Source of the DNA: Lepidodermella squamata
Taxonomy: Eukaryota > Animalia > Gastrotricha
Length of the DNA stretch: 64,000 bases
Reading direction: 5' to 3'
Assembly (NCBI GenBank): GCA_047495785.1
Contig: JBLDXI010000002.1
Span: 2,108,001-2,172,000, forward strand
Part shown: positions 24,701 to 36,578 of the stretch, one piece after another
Layout: every line of letters starts with the position of its first letter
Numbering within the stretch: the first letter of the stretch is position 1
The notes under the pieces: generated by a model
Database searches by the model: none
The model's input: the letters and a program-made list of their open reading frames with translations, nothing else
Told to the model about the DNA's origin: nothing
Made by a program: the position numbers and the translations under genes

Positions 24701-26333
24701 CAGTCGGTTTTACTGCCTTCGAAACTTAACTTTTCCACCAAAAAGTTTCTACCATTTGTTTACGCCGCTCGTATCACGGTTTTATTTGTACACTTGGATT
24801 TACAGCTTTTGCGCTGTATACGATAAATAGCGCGTGATAAGGTGATATATAGGTGTTGAAATTAAAACACGAGCCCGCGGCGTGTTTTATCGCTAATAAT
24901 CACTTGTAGGTATATTTGGTATAGAAAAATAACACAAAAATGCGCGCGCACGCGCTACATTTTCGCCTTATTAATTACGCCGCACTTGTTGCTATAATGC
25001 CAACTTCGTTTCATTTTGGAACCGTATCTGATATTTTATTATGAAGCACCGGTAGTCGTCGCGCCTATTTAAATAGTCAACGGCGCAACCGTGATATCCC
25101 TCATCATCACTCGCGCGTTTATACACCGAGAGAGAGAGAGCCAAAAGTTCACGTTAATATTTGCCAAACTACATGGTGTTCGGATACGAGGCGGATAAGC
25201 AGGGCCGATGACCGAGAGTGTTATCGTCGTCTCCTCGACGGCGCGGTGTTGGGGTGAAACAGCGGTGAATAAGGCGGTGGGTAACTAACGTGCGCATGAT
25301 GATGGATATCTCTCTTACATTGACACCTGAGTGTTTTTTTATGCGCGCCGAGCCTTTTCTCTCGCCCTTCCTCCTCTTCGCCGTCATCATCATCATCATC
25401 ATCATGCGCTTCTCACCTTTTTCGGGTTATTATTTCAAACATGCGAAATATTATTGTTGTTTATTGGTGACGTGTCTGCACCTTTGCTATATGGGTAGGT
25501 ATTATTGTTAAATATACATTTTGACGATATATGTAGTCGAGTGTATGTGTATGTCGGTATATTATCCAACCACCTGTGTTGTAGTGGAATGTGCTTATAT
25601 CGGCGGAAAAGCTGCGTCTTGAGGCGAGCACGCGCCAATTAATACATCTTGGATGCGTCTCGATGGGAGTAGAGCAATAAAAGCCGCCGTTTTGGTTATG
25701 ACTGTGCGCGACAAAAAGCGGCTCTGGTTCTTCTTGTATGCTGTGTGTCTACCTTAATACTGTCTCAGCAGCGGCGGCGCGTGGGCCGATATCGCTGGCC
25801 GCCAGCAACACCCCATCCGTGGTTATAAATATTATTATTTAGCCGACGTGCGCGTTTCATGATACCGCCGCCTGCTTTTTGCGTTACATTTCGCCGCTCT
25901 CGGCTCTCTGTGTTTGTTATTGTTGCGAAAATCTGCATCGCCCAGTGTGTTAGTACAATAAAAATAGCCCGGAATCGCATTGCCGGCTTGTAGCAGCTCA
26001 TCGGCGCCTATAAGTGGTACACGAGTGAAGAGAGAGCGAGCTGTAAATGTTGTTAGTTGCGCTAATAAATGCGATACCTATATAACTATACAGGAATAAG
26101 CGTGAAGAAATGCTCACAGGCGGGGGCGTGCGGGCAAAAATAATGCGTCGCTTCCGCCTTTTAAACCCGAGCAGCCACTCAGCTGATGCGCATATTTAAT
26201 ACCTACAAGTCGAGTCTATAAATAACATCATCCATCATTGACCGGATTGTGAACAACCTCGGTCTGGTCAGGAACATGGATATATTTCCTGTTGCCACAA
26301 GCTATTTATTTGTACATGATTTTTATTTCACAG

Positions 26334-27729
26334 CCGTAAACATCACTCACTTACAGGTAATATATGTTGTTGTTTACCAGCATAATTTTACCGAAAAAAA
26401 TCAGACCAGCTTTATCTACTCGGTTTATAGATTGCTTATTAATGAAATGATTAGACGATTAAGGCAGTCATTACAAATCGAGGAAAGTTACCTGCCCGAG
26501 GTAAAATTACTACCAGCTTATTTTTCGTAACAACAATCCATGTTTTATTTTTACAGACATGCCCGTTTTTATGCAAATGCCCAACCGTGCTGTTTATTGG
26601 CAGTGCGCTTGAAATTAAGGCGACTCCGGTTCCAGGCGCCTCGAAGGAATTCCTCGTTGCGCTTATAGTTGCGCCCCAAAATTCGCCTCTACCTAACCCC
26701 CTGCAATCGCCGACTTGCAGCGATGACGGCAGCATAATCGGTAGTCATCACGGCAGTGACGAGCTCGAAAATAACAGCGATGGCCGAAATAGCGGTTGCA
26801 ACAGCGATTCAGACAGTGATACAGTGGCATCAAATCAAAATAACTCGAACAACGCGACAACGATCGCGCTACAACTGCGGCCTAAACTCAGCAACGGATC
26901 TATTTTATGCTCGGCTGGCAAGTTGGTTGCCAACAAAAAGGTCGAGGAATCTACCGTGCGGTTAGCCTCGAACCCCTTCGTGATCAACCGCTCATTCAGC
27001 CTTATTCTTCTCGTTCAGCAAGACTGTTATCAGGTGAGGACTCATCTGGCTCATCTGGGCTGCAGGGTTAAATTTTTTATTTTAAGGTGATTATTAACGG
27101 CGAACATGTCATGGATTTTTGTCATCGAGTGAGGGCTGAAAGCGTGACGCATTTGCTCCTGGACGGTGATGCCATCTTCGAGCACGTGGCGTTCTACTCA
27201 GGCGTGACGCGGGCTATTCCGGGTCTTTTTCGAAGCAGTAGCAGCGCGAATAACATCCGGCGGTTAGTGTCTACATCGGCCCGGCCGTTTCGAAAAATTC
27301 AGCAGCAACAACAGTTATCGAACCTTCTCGCGGCGAAACTCGGCCGTTCCGCTTCAATGATAGAGCCTACAGCGGCTGAGTTGAAAGAGTAAGAAAACCG
27401 CAGTGTATTTGTTCTTTTATTTTTTTCTATGCATTTTTAGACAAATACTACAACACGGAGCAGCGAAACAACAGCCGGCGCCTGAGCCGCAGTTGTATCA
27501 GGTGAAGGTGAAACGACAGGCGCCTCTGCCGCCTCGGCAGGTTGCCAGCAGTAGCGGCGGCTCACTGAAAAATAGCAGCAGCAACAAAGAACCATCAAGG
27601 CCGGCAAACAACAAAAACGAGGACGAAAAACTGGTTGTTATAAAGGAGAAGTTGGAAAACAAGGTCGCAATTTCTTCAAGCGCAAACAAACCAGCTGGAA
27701 CCCGGCTGTTCATAAAAAGCAAGTCATAA
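26334..27729 (+). CDS. Galectin-related protein with degenerate sugar-binding site, Ser/Asn-rich insert and low-complexity tail (5' and 3' ends uncertain)
   Basis: Exons 26334-26356 (23-nt microexon), 26557-27033, 27087-27388 and 27441 onward. Galectin-like strands LFIGSALEIKATP, IALQLRPK, NPFVINRSFSLILLV, YQVIINGEHVMDFCHR, VTHLLLDGD. Possible start ATGG|gtaggt at 25491 and possible last exon from 27768. Confidence 0.65.
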
Positions 27730-28308
27730 TTCTTCAATGAATTCTTGTTGTTTACTCTTCCTTGCAGGTTCCCAAAGACCGATGAAAGCTGATTCGCCAG
27801 GAATTTTGATGACAGAAAACAAGTCGTTGAGAACACTACGGCCCGTTTATCGAACTCAGTCTCTAAGAAATGTGGAGCAATCTGCCGGCTGATCGAGGAA
27901 ATATTTTAACGTTACCTATCCTTCAAAGTCATTTGCTGCTTGTTTGTTTTCTTTACGCAAACACTTTTGGATATACAACAGACAAGACAGGCTTCACTCT
28001 TCGTGTTAATTTTAATTCTTATATTATCGTAAAAATTTGAAACAAAAATAATAACAATAATATTTGAAAAAATAAATGACAACGAACAGATCTCGAAGTT
28101 ACTTTCTTTACCAGTTATTTATTTGAGAAAAATAGCAATACCAGCTGTAACACCGAAGTCTACAGACGCAGCAATTTATCGACTAGGGTAGTAAATATAT
28201 CAGCTGTTACCGCATTTCTTTAGCTAATTATGGTTCAACAAAATATCCGGGAGAAGTAGTATCAAACATTCATGTGCGCACAAAGAGAAAGACGAATAAA
28301 TAAATCAT

Positions 28309-29433
28309 CTAGTAAACTTCAGGTTCTGGTGCAAAGTCGCTTTTGGAAACATTTGATAAAGAAAATTCGGGATGGTTTCTAACCATGTTGATCAGCTCAG
28401 AAGGAGGTATCTGGCGAGTGCATATTTTAAAAACGGCAGTGAATACGGGAAATTGTTTCTCAAAACCGCGTCGTTTTACAATCAAATTAATTTCAGCTGC
28501 AGTATCCGGGCCTTGCAAATGCTGACCATTCAGAAGCTCCTTCTCCAGTTCAACGATGGACTTCTCAGGGTTTTTCGCAAACGCTGCAGCAACGAGATGG
28601 TTTCTTCCACCATAACAAGTAGCAATCAAGTCGGCGACCCCAGAAGACTGATAGAACGTCCGAAGATTAGTACCAGGGTGGAAGAGTTCGACAAACTTGA
28701 TGATTTCCATGAAGCCCAAGCGAATTATTGTTGCTTTAGTGCGTGAAGTCTGTCCGAGGCCGTCAGCCAAGCCAGCAGCAACAGCTACGACGTTCTTCAA
28801 AGCTCCACATAATTCAACGCCGCCGACGTCAGGTACAGTAGTAATGCGGAAGTAGTTTGCTTCGAATAGCTTCTTCATCAATACTGCATCGTCTTTATTC
28901 GATGATGCGATCGTGGCTTCGCAAAAAAATTCAGCTGCTACTTCGTTAGCGATGTTCGCACCCATCAACACAGATACGCGGATACCCAACTGCTCCTTAA
29001 TCATCTCTGAGATAAGTTGCATGTGCGTCTCAGTTGCAATAACACCTTTCACCAGGGAAATTCCTATTGCATTCGGAAGAATTTTGTGTTTGATTTGAGC
29101 GATTGTGTTGGGCAGGAACTGATGCGGCACACAAAACACGAGAATCGATGCATTTTTAACGGAGTCCACGAGGCTCGGAATTGCTACCACATTTTCAGGA
29201 AGCTTTACACCGGGAAGGTACTTGACATTAATGTGATCGGTATTGATAATGTCAGTAATTTTCTCGCCATTAATCATTTCTTCGAAAACCCACTCAGCGA
29301 CAATTGGCTCAAATAGGTCTGGGTATTTCAGACAATTGTCACCAACAATGCGGCATATGGCAGACGCCCAGTTGCCAGATCCAATAATGCAAACCTTACG
29401 AGGTTTCGAATATTTTGGCTTGTATTCCCCCAT
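28309..29433 (-). CDS. GPD1: NAD-dependent glycerol-3-phosphate dehydrogenase, intronless
   Basis: Motifs KVCIIGSGNWA, WVFEE, NVKYLPG, VPHQF, SLVKG, LMGANIANEVA, CGALKNVVA, DLIATCYGGRN, QGP. Confidence 0.95.
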   Translation of the reverse strand: MGEYKPKYSKPRKVCIIGSGNWASAICRIVGDNCLKYPDLFEPIVAEWVFEEMINGEKITDIINTDHINVKYLPGVKLPENVVAIPSLVDSVKNASILVFCVPHQFLPNTIAQIKHKILPNAIGISLVKGVIATETHMQLISEMIKEQLGIRVSVLMGANIANEVAAEFFCEATIASSNKDDAVLMKKLFEANYFRITTVPDVGGVELCGALKNVVAVAAGLADGLGQTSRTKATIIRLGFMEIIKFVELFHPGTNLRTFYQSSGVADLIATCYGGRNHLVAAAFAKNPEKSIVELEKELLNGQHLQGPDTAAEINLIVKRRGFEKQFPVFTAVFKICTRQIPPSELINMVRNHPEFSLSNVSKSDFAPEPEVY

Positions 29434-29548
29434 TGAGAAATATAACAAAAAAACCTAATAAAACAAATGTTGAACAATGAAACAATGACACAATAGAGAC
29501 AGCATTATGAGTTCGCAAAATAGAGCTCAGCCCAACGCGGAACGTGGT

Positions 29549-29908
29549 TCTTGGCCCTTAATTTCATCGCAGGATAAGCATGAAGCCTCTGGTGGCTGGT
29601 GGGATATCTTAAAAAGCTAAAGTAGTAGCGCCGTCGTTGACCTGAGCAGACGACACGGTTGTATCCGCAAAGCCCGCTTAAGGATGCACACGTGTGCTGC
29701 CATGACTCTCAATGGTTGTCTCGCTCGAAAGGTGGGGAAACCCACAGGTCGATGGACCGTCTTCTGCGAAAAGGCTTAGATAAACTCGACCGGGATTTGG
29801 CACCACATCTCACCATGGTGTCGAATCTCCATTAGAGTGGGAGGAATGAGAGTGGGGAGCCAGCTCATCCTCTTCCTGATCTTCCAAACCTGTCATCATC
29901 ATCATCGA
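29549..29908 (+). mobile_element. Degenerate 3' end of an RTE-like non-LTR retroelement (or related SINE)
   Basis: Residual IRKARLRM...RKVGKPTGRW resembles the RTE C-terminal IRxRRLRW / RGRPxxRW motifs. (TCA)n tail at 29893-29906. Direct repeat AACGTGGT at 29541-29548 and 29909-29916. Confidence 0.5.
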
Positions 29909-30662
29909 AACGTGGTGGACACAGGGACAGCTATTAACCTCCCATAATCGCACTGAGTAAGTAATTGTACAAGCTTTTGCGAGCAAAAATCCAACGTTGA
30001 TTCAACTGTAGCAAGAAAACCACAGTCGGCCTGGTTGCGGACAAATGGGCTCTGGCTTGGGTGCATAAGATAGGACCTAGCGACGTTTACTTCGAGAAAT
30101 ATTCATTTTTTCGTGACACATTTTTATGGCATCATTACACAACTGGGCTGATTAGATTAAAAAATGTTATTAGAATAAAATGTATTTAATTTGAAAAGTT
30201 TTCGCGGGTTTACGCGCGGTATTTGGCGGCTTCGGTTTCTGGGATTTTTTGAAGCTCTGCCTCTTTGTTAGCTACGACGGCGTTTGTGACTTGTAGGTAA
30301 GCGTTGTAGGGGAGTGACTGGCAAGCCAAGAGCAACCTGTAGACTGTAGAAAAGCCTGGCCTGGAGAATAGTCAACAATAACCGTAGTACCAGGGGTAGG
30401 AAAATCATAAACAGATTAGATCCAATGTTCTTATTAGCAAGTGAGATGTCACCCCCAAATATCATACAAGTATTATTCAGAAGTGCTGACGATCTTTGAT
30501 GCATAGATTCCCATCTCTGAAATCGCCCTGAAATGACTATTAATTTGAAATGAAAAGGTTTCAACTCTTTCTCTACGAATCATGTGCCTTGGATATCTCT
30601 ATCATGGCTTTGATTTGATTTTACCTGTAAATTAGATAGAGAAGTACAGTGAGATATTTATC

Positions 30663-32347
30663 ATGCCCACGGTGAAGCCTGCAGCGACTAAACCTGCAGC
30701 CAAGAAAGTTGTTGATCCCGTTTCTTGGGCTGCATTTTCAGCTACTTTGAAATATGGCTCGAATTTAACTCTGGAGTTGAAAGGCTTTCGACCCATCTCT
30801 GCAGGAGATAGCATTAAAGTTTTGACTAGTGCCAAGCAGTATCCGCGATTCGCCGATGTCTTCAATAACGAAAACGTTTTCTGTTCATTTCAAGAGAGCC
30901 CCGAGTACGTTTTGAAGATAACGGCAAGATTTTCTTCAAGCTGCAGAGTAGCTTCTGTGGCTATAAATCATGCCGCTGAAGTCAACCTGAAGCTAGTCGA
31001 GGGTGTGAATCAAAAGTTATGTACAGTATGGTCAATCCGTCCAGGGCTGTCAGATACTTCTTACCCTGTCGATCAACGGCGACCTTGTTCGGCCATAGTC
31101 ATCACGGTCATTCCTTCATCTTCTGAATGGTCTGTCGAAACGTCAATTTCTGTGCAGGATAACACATCAACTGTCGAGAATGCAGCAGAAACTGCGAGGA
31201 GTCTCGCGCTCTTCGAAAGCGTTCCTTTGGACATTGTGCGCCATATTTTGACCTACATCAGCCCGCCACAACGGCTTCAAGTATTACAGAAGGATTGCTA
31301 AATTAAGAATTAGCTTATTTAATATCGTTTTAGACATTGTTAGCTCTATCCGGCTCATGCAGACATTTCAGAGACATATTGAAAGGATCCGAGTTTTGGA
31401 ATTCTGTTGATTTTCAAGCCCATGCTCTAAAACCTCCGAGTGAGCATTGCTATGGATTCCTTGCCAAGCATTCTTCGGTAGTAAAGCATCTCAACTTCGC
31501 TGCGATTACTGTGAGATGAGAATACTTTTCAAGTTACTTCATAAGTTACTTTCAACAGGCGTTTCCAGCACCCTCCATTTCGAAACTATTCAGCGGAGCT
31601 TCATTACTAACAACCCTATCTTTCCGAGATAGCCCCTGTTTTGACGACATTTTCCTGGACACGTTATTAAAGTGCCAGTCTTTGAAGCAAACTGTGGAAA
31701 CGCTGAATATTTCTGGATGCTCGAAGCTGACCGTGAAGGGCTTACCAAAGATAGCGCAATTCAAACATTTAATTCGCCTGGGCATGGCTCGGTTGAACGT
31801 TGATGCCAAAGGCATCCTTTCAAAAATTGTGATGGAACTGAAGAGGTTGGAAGTTCTGGACCTCGAGCAATCCAAAATTTCCGATTTCAATGACTTCCTA
31901 TGCGATTTTGCCAAATTTCCTGCGAGATCCACCCTGCGATATTTACGTCTTGGTAACGGATCAACGCTGGGCACGAGTGGTTTTATTGCTATTTTCAACA
32001 ACTGCTGTGCGCTGGAAGGAATTCACATTGACTGGCCATTTAAACGGCCTGACATTTTCGAGCTGAATCCGCCCAAGTCTAAAATAAAGTGGCTTTCGAT
32101 GAATCAGGCTTACTCGGAGGATTTCGAAGTATTTCCGAAATTTATGCCTGATCTCGAAGTTCTGGAGATTCGAGAAAACTCAGAAATAGACGTCTCACAA
32201 ATAAAATCAGTGCTGGAAAATTGCACTAGATTATCTGCTATTTACGTCGATAAGAAAGCAAAGATAACACCAGATACTGCTGACTTTCTTCGGCTTAACT
32301 CGGAGCAACCAAAATGCAAATTTATTCTTAATGATTATTCGAAATGA
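30663..32347 (+). CDS. F-box / leucine-rich repeat protein (FBXL-like), 3 exons
   Basis: Exons 30663-31280, 31334-31510 and 31559-32347 in frame. F-box LFESVPLDIVRHILTYI...LSGSCRHFRDIL...FWNSVDF. LRRs TLNISGCSKLT, LKRLEVLDL, LRYLRL, LEVLEI. Confidence 0.85.
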
Positions 32348-32498
32348 TATCTTGAGCGCTACAAACTTACTCGATACCAATTTTTTGTGATATCTGTGAT
32401 ATTTTTGAGTTTACGTTTTTCATTTTCAATTCTGGTTTTGAATATTATTTTATTAAATATTATTATGAATTTCTTCGGCATTTTGTAGAGTTTTCATA

Positions 32499-33332
32499 AT
32501 GGCTGCGACCTTGGGAAATATTTTGATTTCTGGCGCTAATCGTGGCATCGGTTTGGAACTTGTCCGCCAGGCTGCGCCGAATGCCAAAAATTTCATTTTC
32601 GCCGGCTGCCGAGATCCGCAACAGGCGAATGAATTGAAAGATTTAGCCGGGAAGCATTCCAATATTCTACCTTTCAAGCTTGGTAAGATGTCCAATTACT
32701 ATTAAAATCATCCTAAATTATTTCGGATTTTAGATGTCGCCAATGATCACGACATCGATGAAGCTGTAAAATTAGTTGCTGGAAAAACTGGTCACTTGAA
32801 CGTTCTTATCAACAACGCTGGAATTTTCGAAGATCGAGGCAGCTCTCTGGCGGAGCAAAATCGCGATACTTTGAACAAGCATTTTAACGTCAACACGACT
32901 TCAGTCATAATGATGACCAAGGCATTCCGAGATTTGCTGGTTAAAGGCAAGGTTCAGAGCCAGAAAGAATCAAAAGTGATCAATGTCGGCAGCGAAATGG
33001 GTTCGATCGTGAACACTAGTACCAAGTCATACGCTTATCGCTCTTCGAAAACTGCTTTGAACATGGTTTCGAAGTGCTTGGGCAATGAGCTGGGCCCTGA
33101 AGGCGTATTCTGCGTTTCGATCCACCCTGTTAGTCATCAGTTAATTCCTATTTTCTAGAATAATTTCGGATTTTTATCGTTTTAGGGCTGGACTCAAACT
33201 GATATGGGCGGCGCAAATGCTCCAGTCAAGACCACAGACAGTGTTGCTGGTATTTTGAAGGTTACCGCGGAGCTTTCAGCTGAGCAGAACGGCAAATTTG
33301 TCGACTACTTGGGCGAATATCGTCAATACTAA
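32499..33332 (+). CDS. Short-chain dehydrogenase/reductase, C-factor (CsgA)/sniffer-like, 3 exons
   Basis: Exons 32499-32682, 32734-33128 and 33186-33332. Motifs ISGANRGIGLE, LINNAGI, catalytic YRSSK, HPGWTQTDMGG. Confidence 0.92.
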
Positions 33333-33479
33333 CTTGCATCCTAATTCAAAATGTTGTCGCGATGATTCTTTATTTTTTTTCCTGGTGAGAAATATCACGT
33401 GCTACTCATCTGGTGAAACATTCAATTCTAAAATAAAATATTAAGATGGCAGTATTATACACCAAGGCAGTAACTATAT

Positions 33480-34889
33480 CTATATCGCAGAATCGGCAGG
33501 GCGCAGTAAGGTGACTTGAATAAGCGACTCTTTTGCGATGCCGTAGTCACCTAAAGTCCGACTCGGTTCGGACAGCTCGCGGCCTGCAAAAAACAGCCGC
33601 TGATCACAGCAAGGAAAGCCTCTCAATCGTTCAATAGTTTTCTTGAAGTTTTCCACAGTTTCAGTTGTAGCTGACCAAAGTACATCGACGCCGTCTGTTT
33701 AAAGGTAAACGTAAAATTGGAGCGAAAAAGTAGTGTATCAATTACTTGGCGGTGGAAATGCCACGCAAACCATGACATCAGACGTTTCGACGACAGTTAA
33801 GGCGGCTCCATTTTGGACATTGCTTGAAGCCAAGGTGGAGCCATCTTTCAGCCGGCGCCCGTTGTGGAACAGGGCAGACCAACCTTTTGAGGTTATCCCT
33901 GCCCTCTTTTTGACAGTCTCAACTGTATCTGATGATCTCACGTCGAGGAAAGAGCAAGATTCTGGAAATTGAAGAAATTTAATTAATTTGAATAATAAGC
34001 TTAATACATACTGAAAGGTTTGTTGACGGCAATTTTCAGCTCTTTTCCGAACGATGACTCCAGAAGTCGTAATGTTTCCTCAACTACTGCCCAGCCAACA
34101 GGAAGGGTATCGATTGCCGTGCGAATTATTACTCCGGAGCAATTTATCAAGAATACACCCCTGTTGTCGTAGAACACCTCAAAATCAGTATATTCTACTC
34201 GTAATTAATTACCTGATAGGTTCCATGTTGGAGTTAACAGCTCCATATCGTTTTGCGATTTTCGCGCCTTTATCTAACCCTAGTATAATATCAAGATTCC
34301 CAATGCCTCCTCGTTCACGAGGCGTTCGAGTTCTGGAATAAAATCTCGATAATTAGGGCTTAATAAGCATAATATTCGCATACAAAGTTTTCAGGCGAAT
34401 TTCCGAGTCTGATGACAGCACAATCACCTCACAGCCTTGATTCCGAAATCGCAAGGCGTGATCATTGAATGCCAGAATCTCTTGTGGAACAACATATTCT
34501 CTATAAATAAAAATCGGATAAACGTAAAACTGGAACATTCGAATCACTAACATATCAACGGGACAGAAAAATAGCAAGACGTGTGATCTGCTGATGTAGT
34601 CCTCCAGGGTAACAATGGACTGACGTTCGCCATCGGCGACAGTACGCGCAACAAAACCTGGCGCCGGAAAACCAGTTTTAACACCTACAATTAAAATTTA
34701 ATATTTTCGTACCAGTAAAATAAACAATTATAGGTACTCACCGCTTGGTTCGTTATTTGATATTACATCCTCTTCCTCATCGTTACCACGATCGAAAATA
34801 GTCACGCGTTTTGACCGAGAAGGTGACTGTTTGGGAGAGGGGGAGAGATAGTTGGAAGGATCACCGCCTATTAACCTTCGCGATCCCAT
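33480..34889 (-). CDS. Pseudo-peroxiredoxin (AhpC/Prx1 fold) fused to two ubiquitin-like domains, 7 exons, 365 aa
   Basis: Exons 34889-34742, 34684-34552, 34500-34384, 34332-34213, 34160-34012, 33961-33746 and 33694-33480; all introns GT-AG, 50-57 bp, total 1098 nt in frame. Prx motifs GFPAPGF, VLLFFCPVDIEYVVPQEILAF, TPRERGGIG, IRGVFLI, LPVG. Followed by two UBL domains (SDTVETVK...LFHNGRRLKDGSTL; ETVENFK...DQRLFFAGREL...RTLGDYGIAKES). Confidence 0.85.
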
Positions 34890-35559
34890 TCGTCATTCAC
34901 AAATTTTTCGCAGGCAGTCGTAAAATAAATTTTTGTACACAATCGTTAAAATGTCATGCAATCTACGGTTCAATTACAGCTCCTGCGAGAATGCATTGCG
35001 ATCAGCTAATGCGCGCCTTAAATAAAGAAAATTAGCGTGCAATAAAAAATTTATAACGGAGAGCGATATGGATGCCGCTTGTTCAATAGCTTGAGATCAA
35101 ACAAAACTGAATAAACTTGAGGTAAATATCGCGGGTAAATTCTTGCAACGCCAAAATCTCTTTTAGCCAAAGAGTGATCCGCAAGAAAAAACGGCATCAT
35201 TACACTAAGCGTTTACCATGACATAATTCGTCTGTTCGTCTCTAATTAGCAAATCCATCATTAAATTTTTCAAACAGAGTAAAAGAAGTCAGAAACAGGT
35301 ATTAAACCGACATTTTTGAAAAACGATTCACCTCTGTTTCTTTCGAATTTTCTTCGGTGAAATGGAAGAAATGGACACAACTTGCTTCGGTAGAACTCAG
35401 ATTTTGCAAAAATAACCAATTCTCAGCTGTAGGCAAAAGCTCACAATGTACTAGTTGTGAATTTGAAATTTGAAATTTGAAATTGAAATTTGAAAGTTGT
35501 GAATGTGTGTTGAAGTTGTCACAATGTAACCTCGCTTTCTCACAGAGGAGCTTCGATCA

Positions 35560-36490
35560 TGAAAAGGGCTAGGTCAGGTTCACCTATTCACGCATCCATA
35601 ACCCTACCGAAGTGACAGCAATTGAGATTAAGGCCAACTTGGTCGATTCAGAATCTCCTCTCGCCCTCAGTGCATGGATTTTATAGGTTCTGAATTCTGA
35701 AAATTCTTATTCACGCTCTCTTGCGCATACAATCGTTCTAACTCAAACACTTCAAACTTTATTATTCGAGAGATAGTTTGGCTGGTTGACAGCTGGTAAG
35801 GAAGTCTTGATTACACCAACCACAATCCACCGCAAGGTCAAGCCAAGGTTTATTAGCCATGCAGCAATAGATTGTCCATTTTAAATCGAATCCCCGTGGT
35901 TCCCTAAAGATCACCACATTCAAATAGGTATTCCTAAATATTTTCTTACCATTAGGCTGGAATCTGAGCGGACAATTGCGCTTGAAAAATCAAACATTTG
36001 GTCCTCATCTTTGGCTCAAACTCAGCGGATCATCGGGGAAAATGACGGGAAATCTATTGGTAATGATTTCATCAGAGCCGCAGCATGTTTGACATCTCAA
36101 TACCAAGCATCGGAAACCAAAATCAGCAAAAACTCTGCAAAAATCACAAGGATCAGGATCAGGATTTACGATTTCTCCTCGCCCTGACGGACTCAAGCTT
36201 TCGCCATAAGGCGGAGCTTGTGAGAAAATCGCGAGCTTACGCTCTAGGAAAGTTTGAACTGGTTTACTAACTACTTATTTGAAATCCCTACCCCTGGTAC
36301 TCCAGTTATTGCTGACTGTTTCTCCAGGGCCCAGGCATTAGTGCCCAGGTGGCTTTTCCACTCACTCAGCGAAGCCTACAAACGCCGTCGTAGCAAGAAA
36401 GCTACCAAAAGACTAGTTTGGAGAAATATTTACAAGAGTAGAGATAATTTACAAGAGGTAATTCCACGGAGCCAAAATATAAGATAATTT
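35560..36490 (+). pseudogene. Disrupted coding-like region of unknown family; diverged inverted copy at ~30260-30560
   Basis: Fragmented ORFs with splice-like sites. 36286-36393 (cctacccctggtact...ttattg.tgact...ctccagg...acaaacgccgtcgtagc) matches the reverse complement of ~30271-30400. Confidence 0.35.
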
Positions 36491-36578
36491 AGTGACGGAG
36501 CTATAAAAGAAAATAAAGTATATTACATTTGGTTGAGTATAGGCTTTGAAAAATATAAATAAAATTTGGAAAACACAT

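Noticed and set aside
21800-26300. Short ORFs and microsatellites (CAT)n, (GA)n
   Set aside because: Low-complexity non-coding DNA, probably upstream or intronic region of the galectin-like gene.
33480-33961. Independent polyubiquitin or ISG15-like modifier gene
   Set aside because: No own start codon or C-terminal GG; the first UBL begins in the same exon as the end of the Prx domain.
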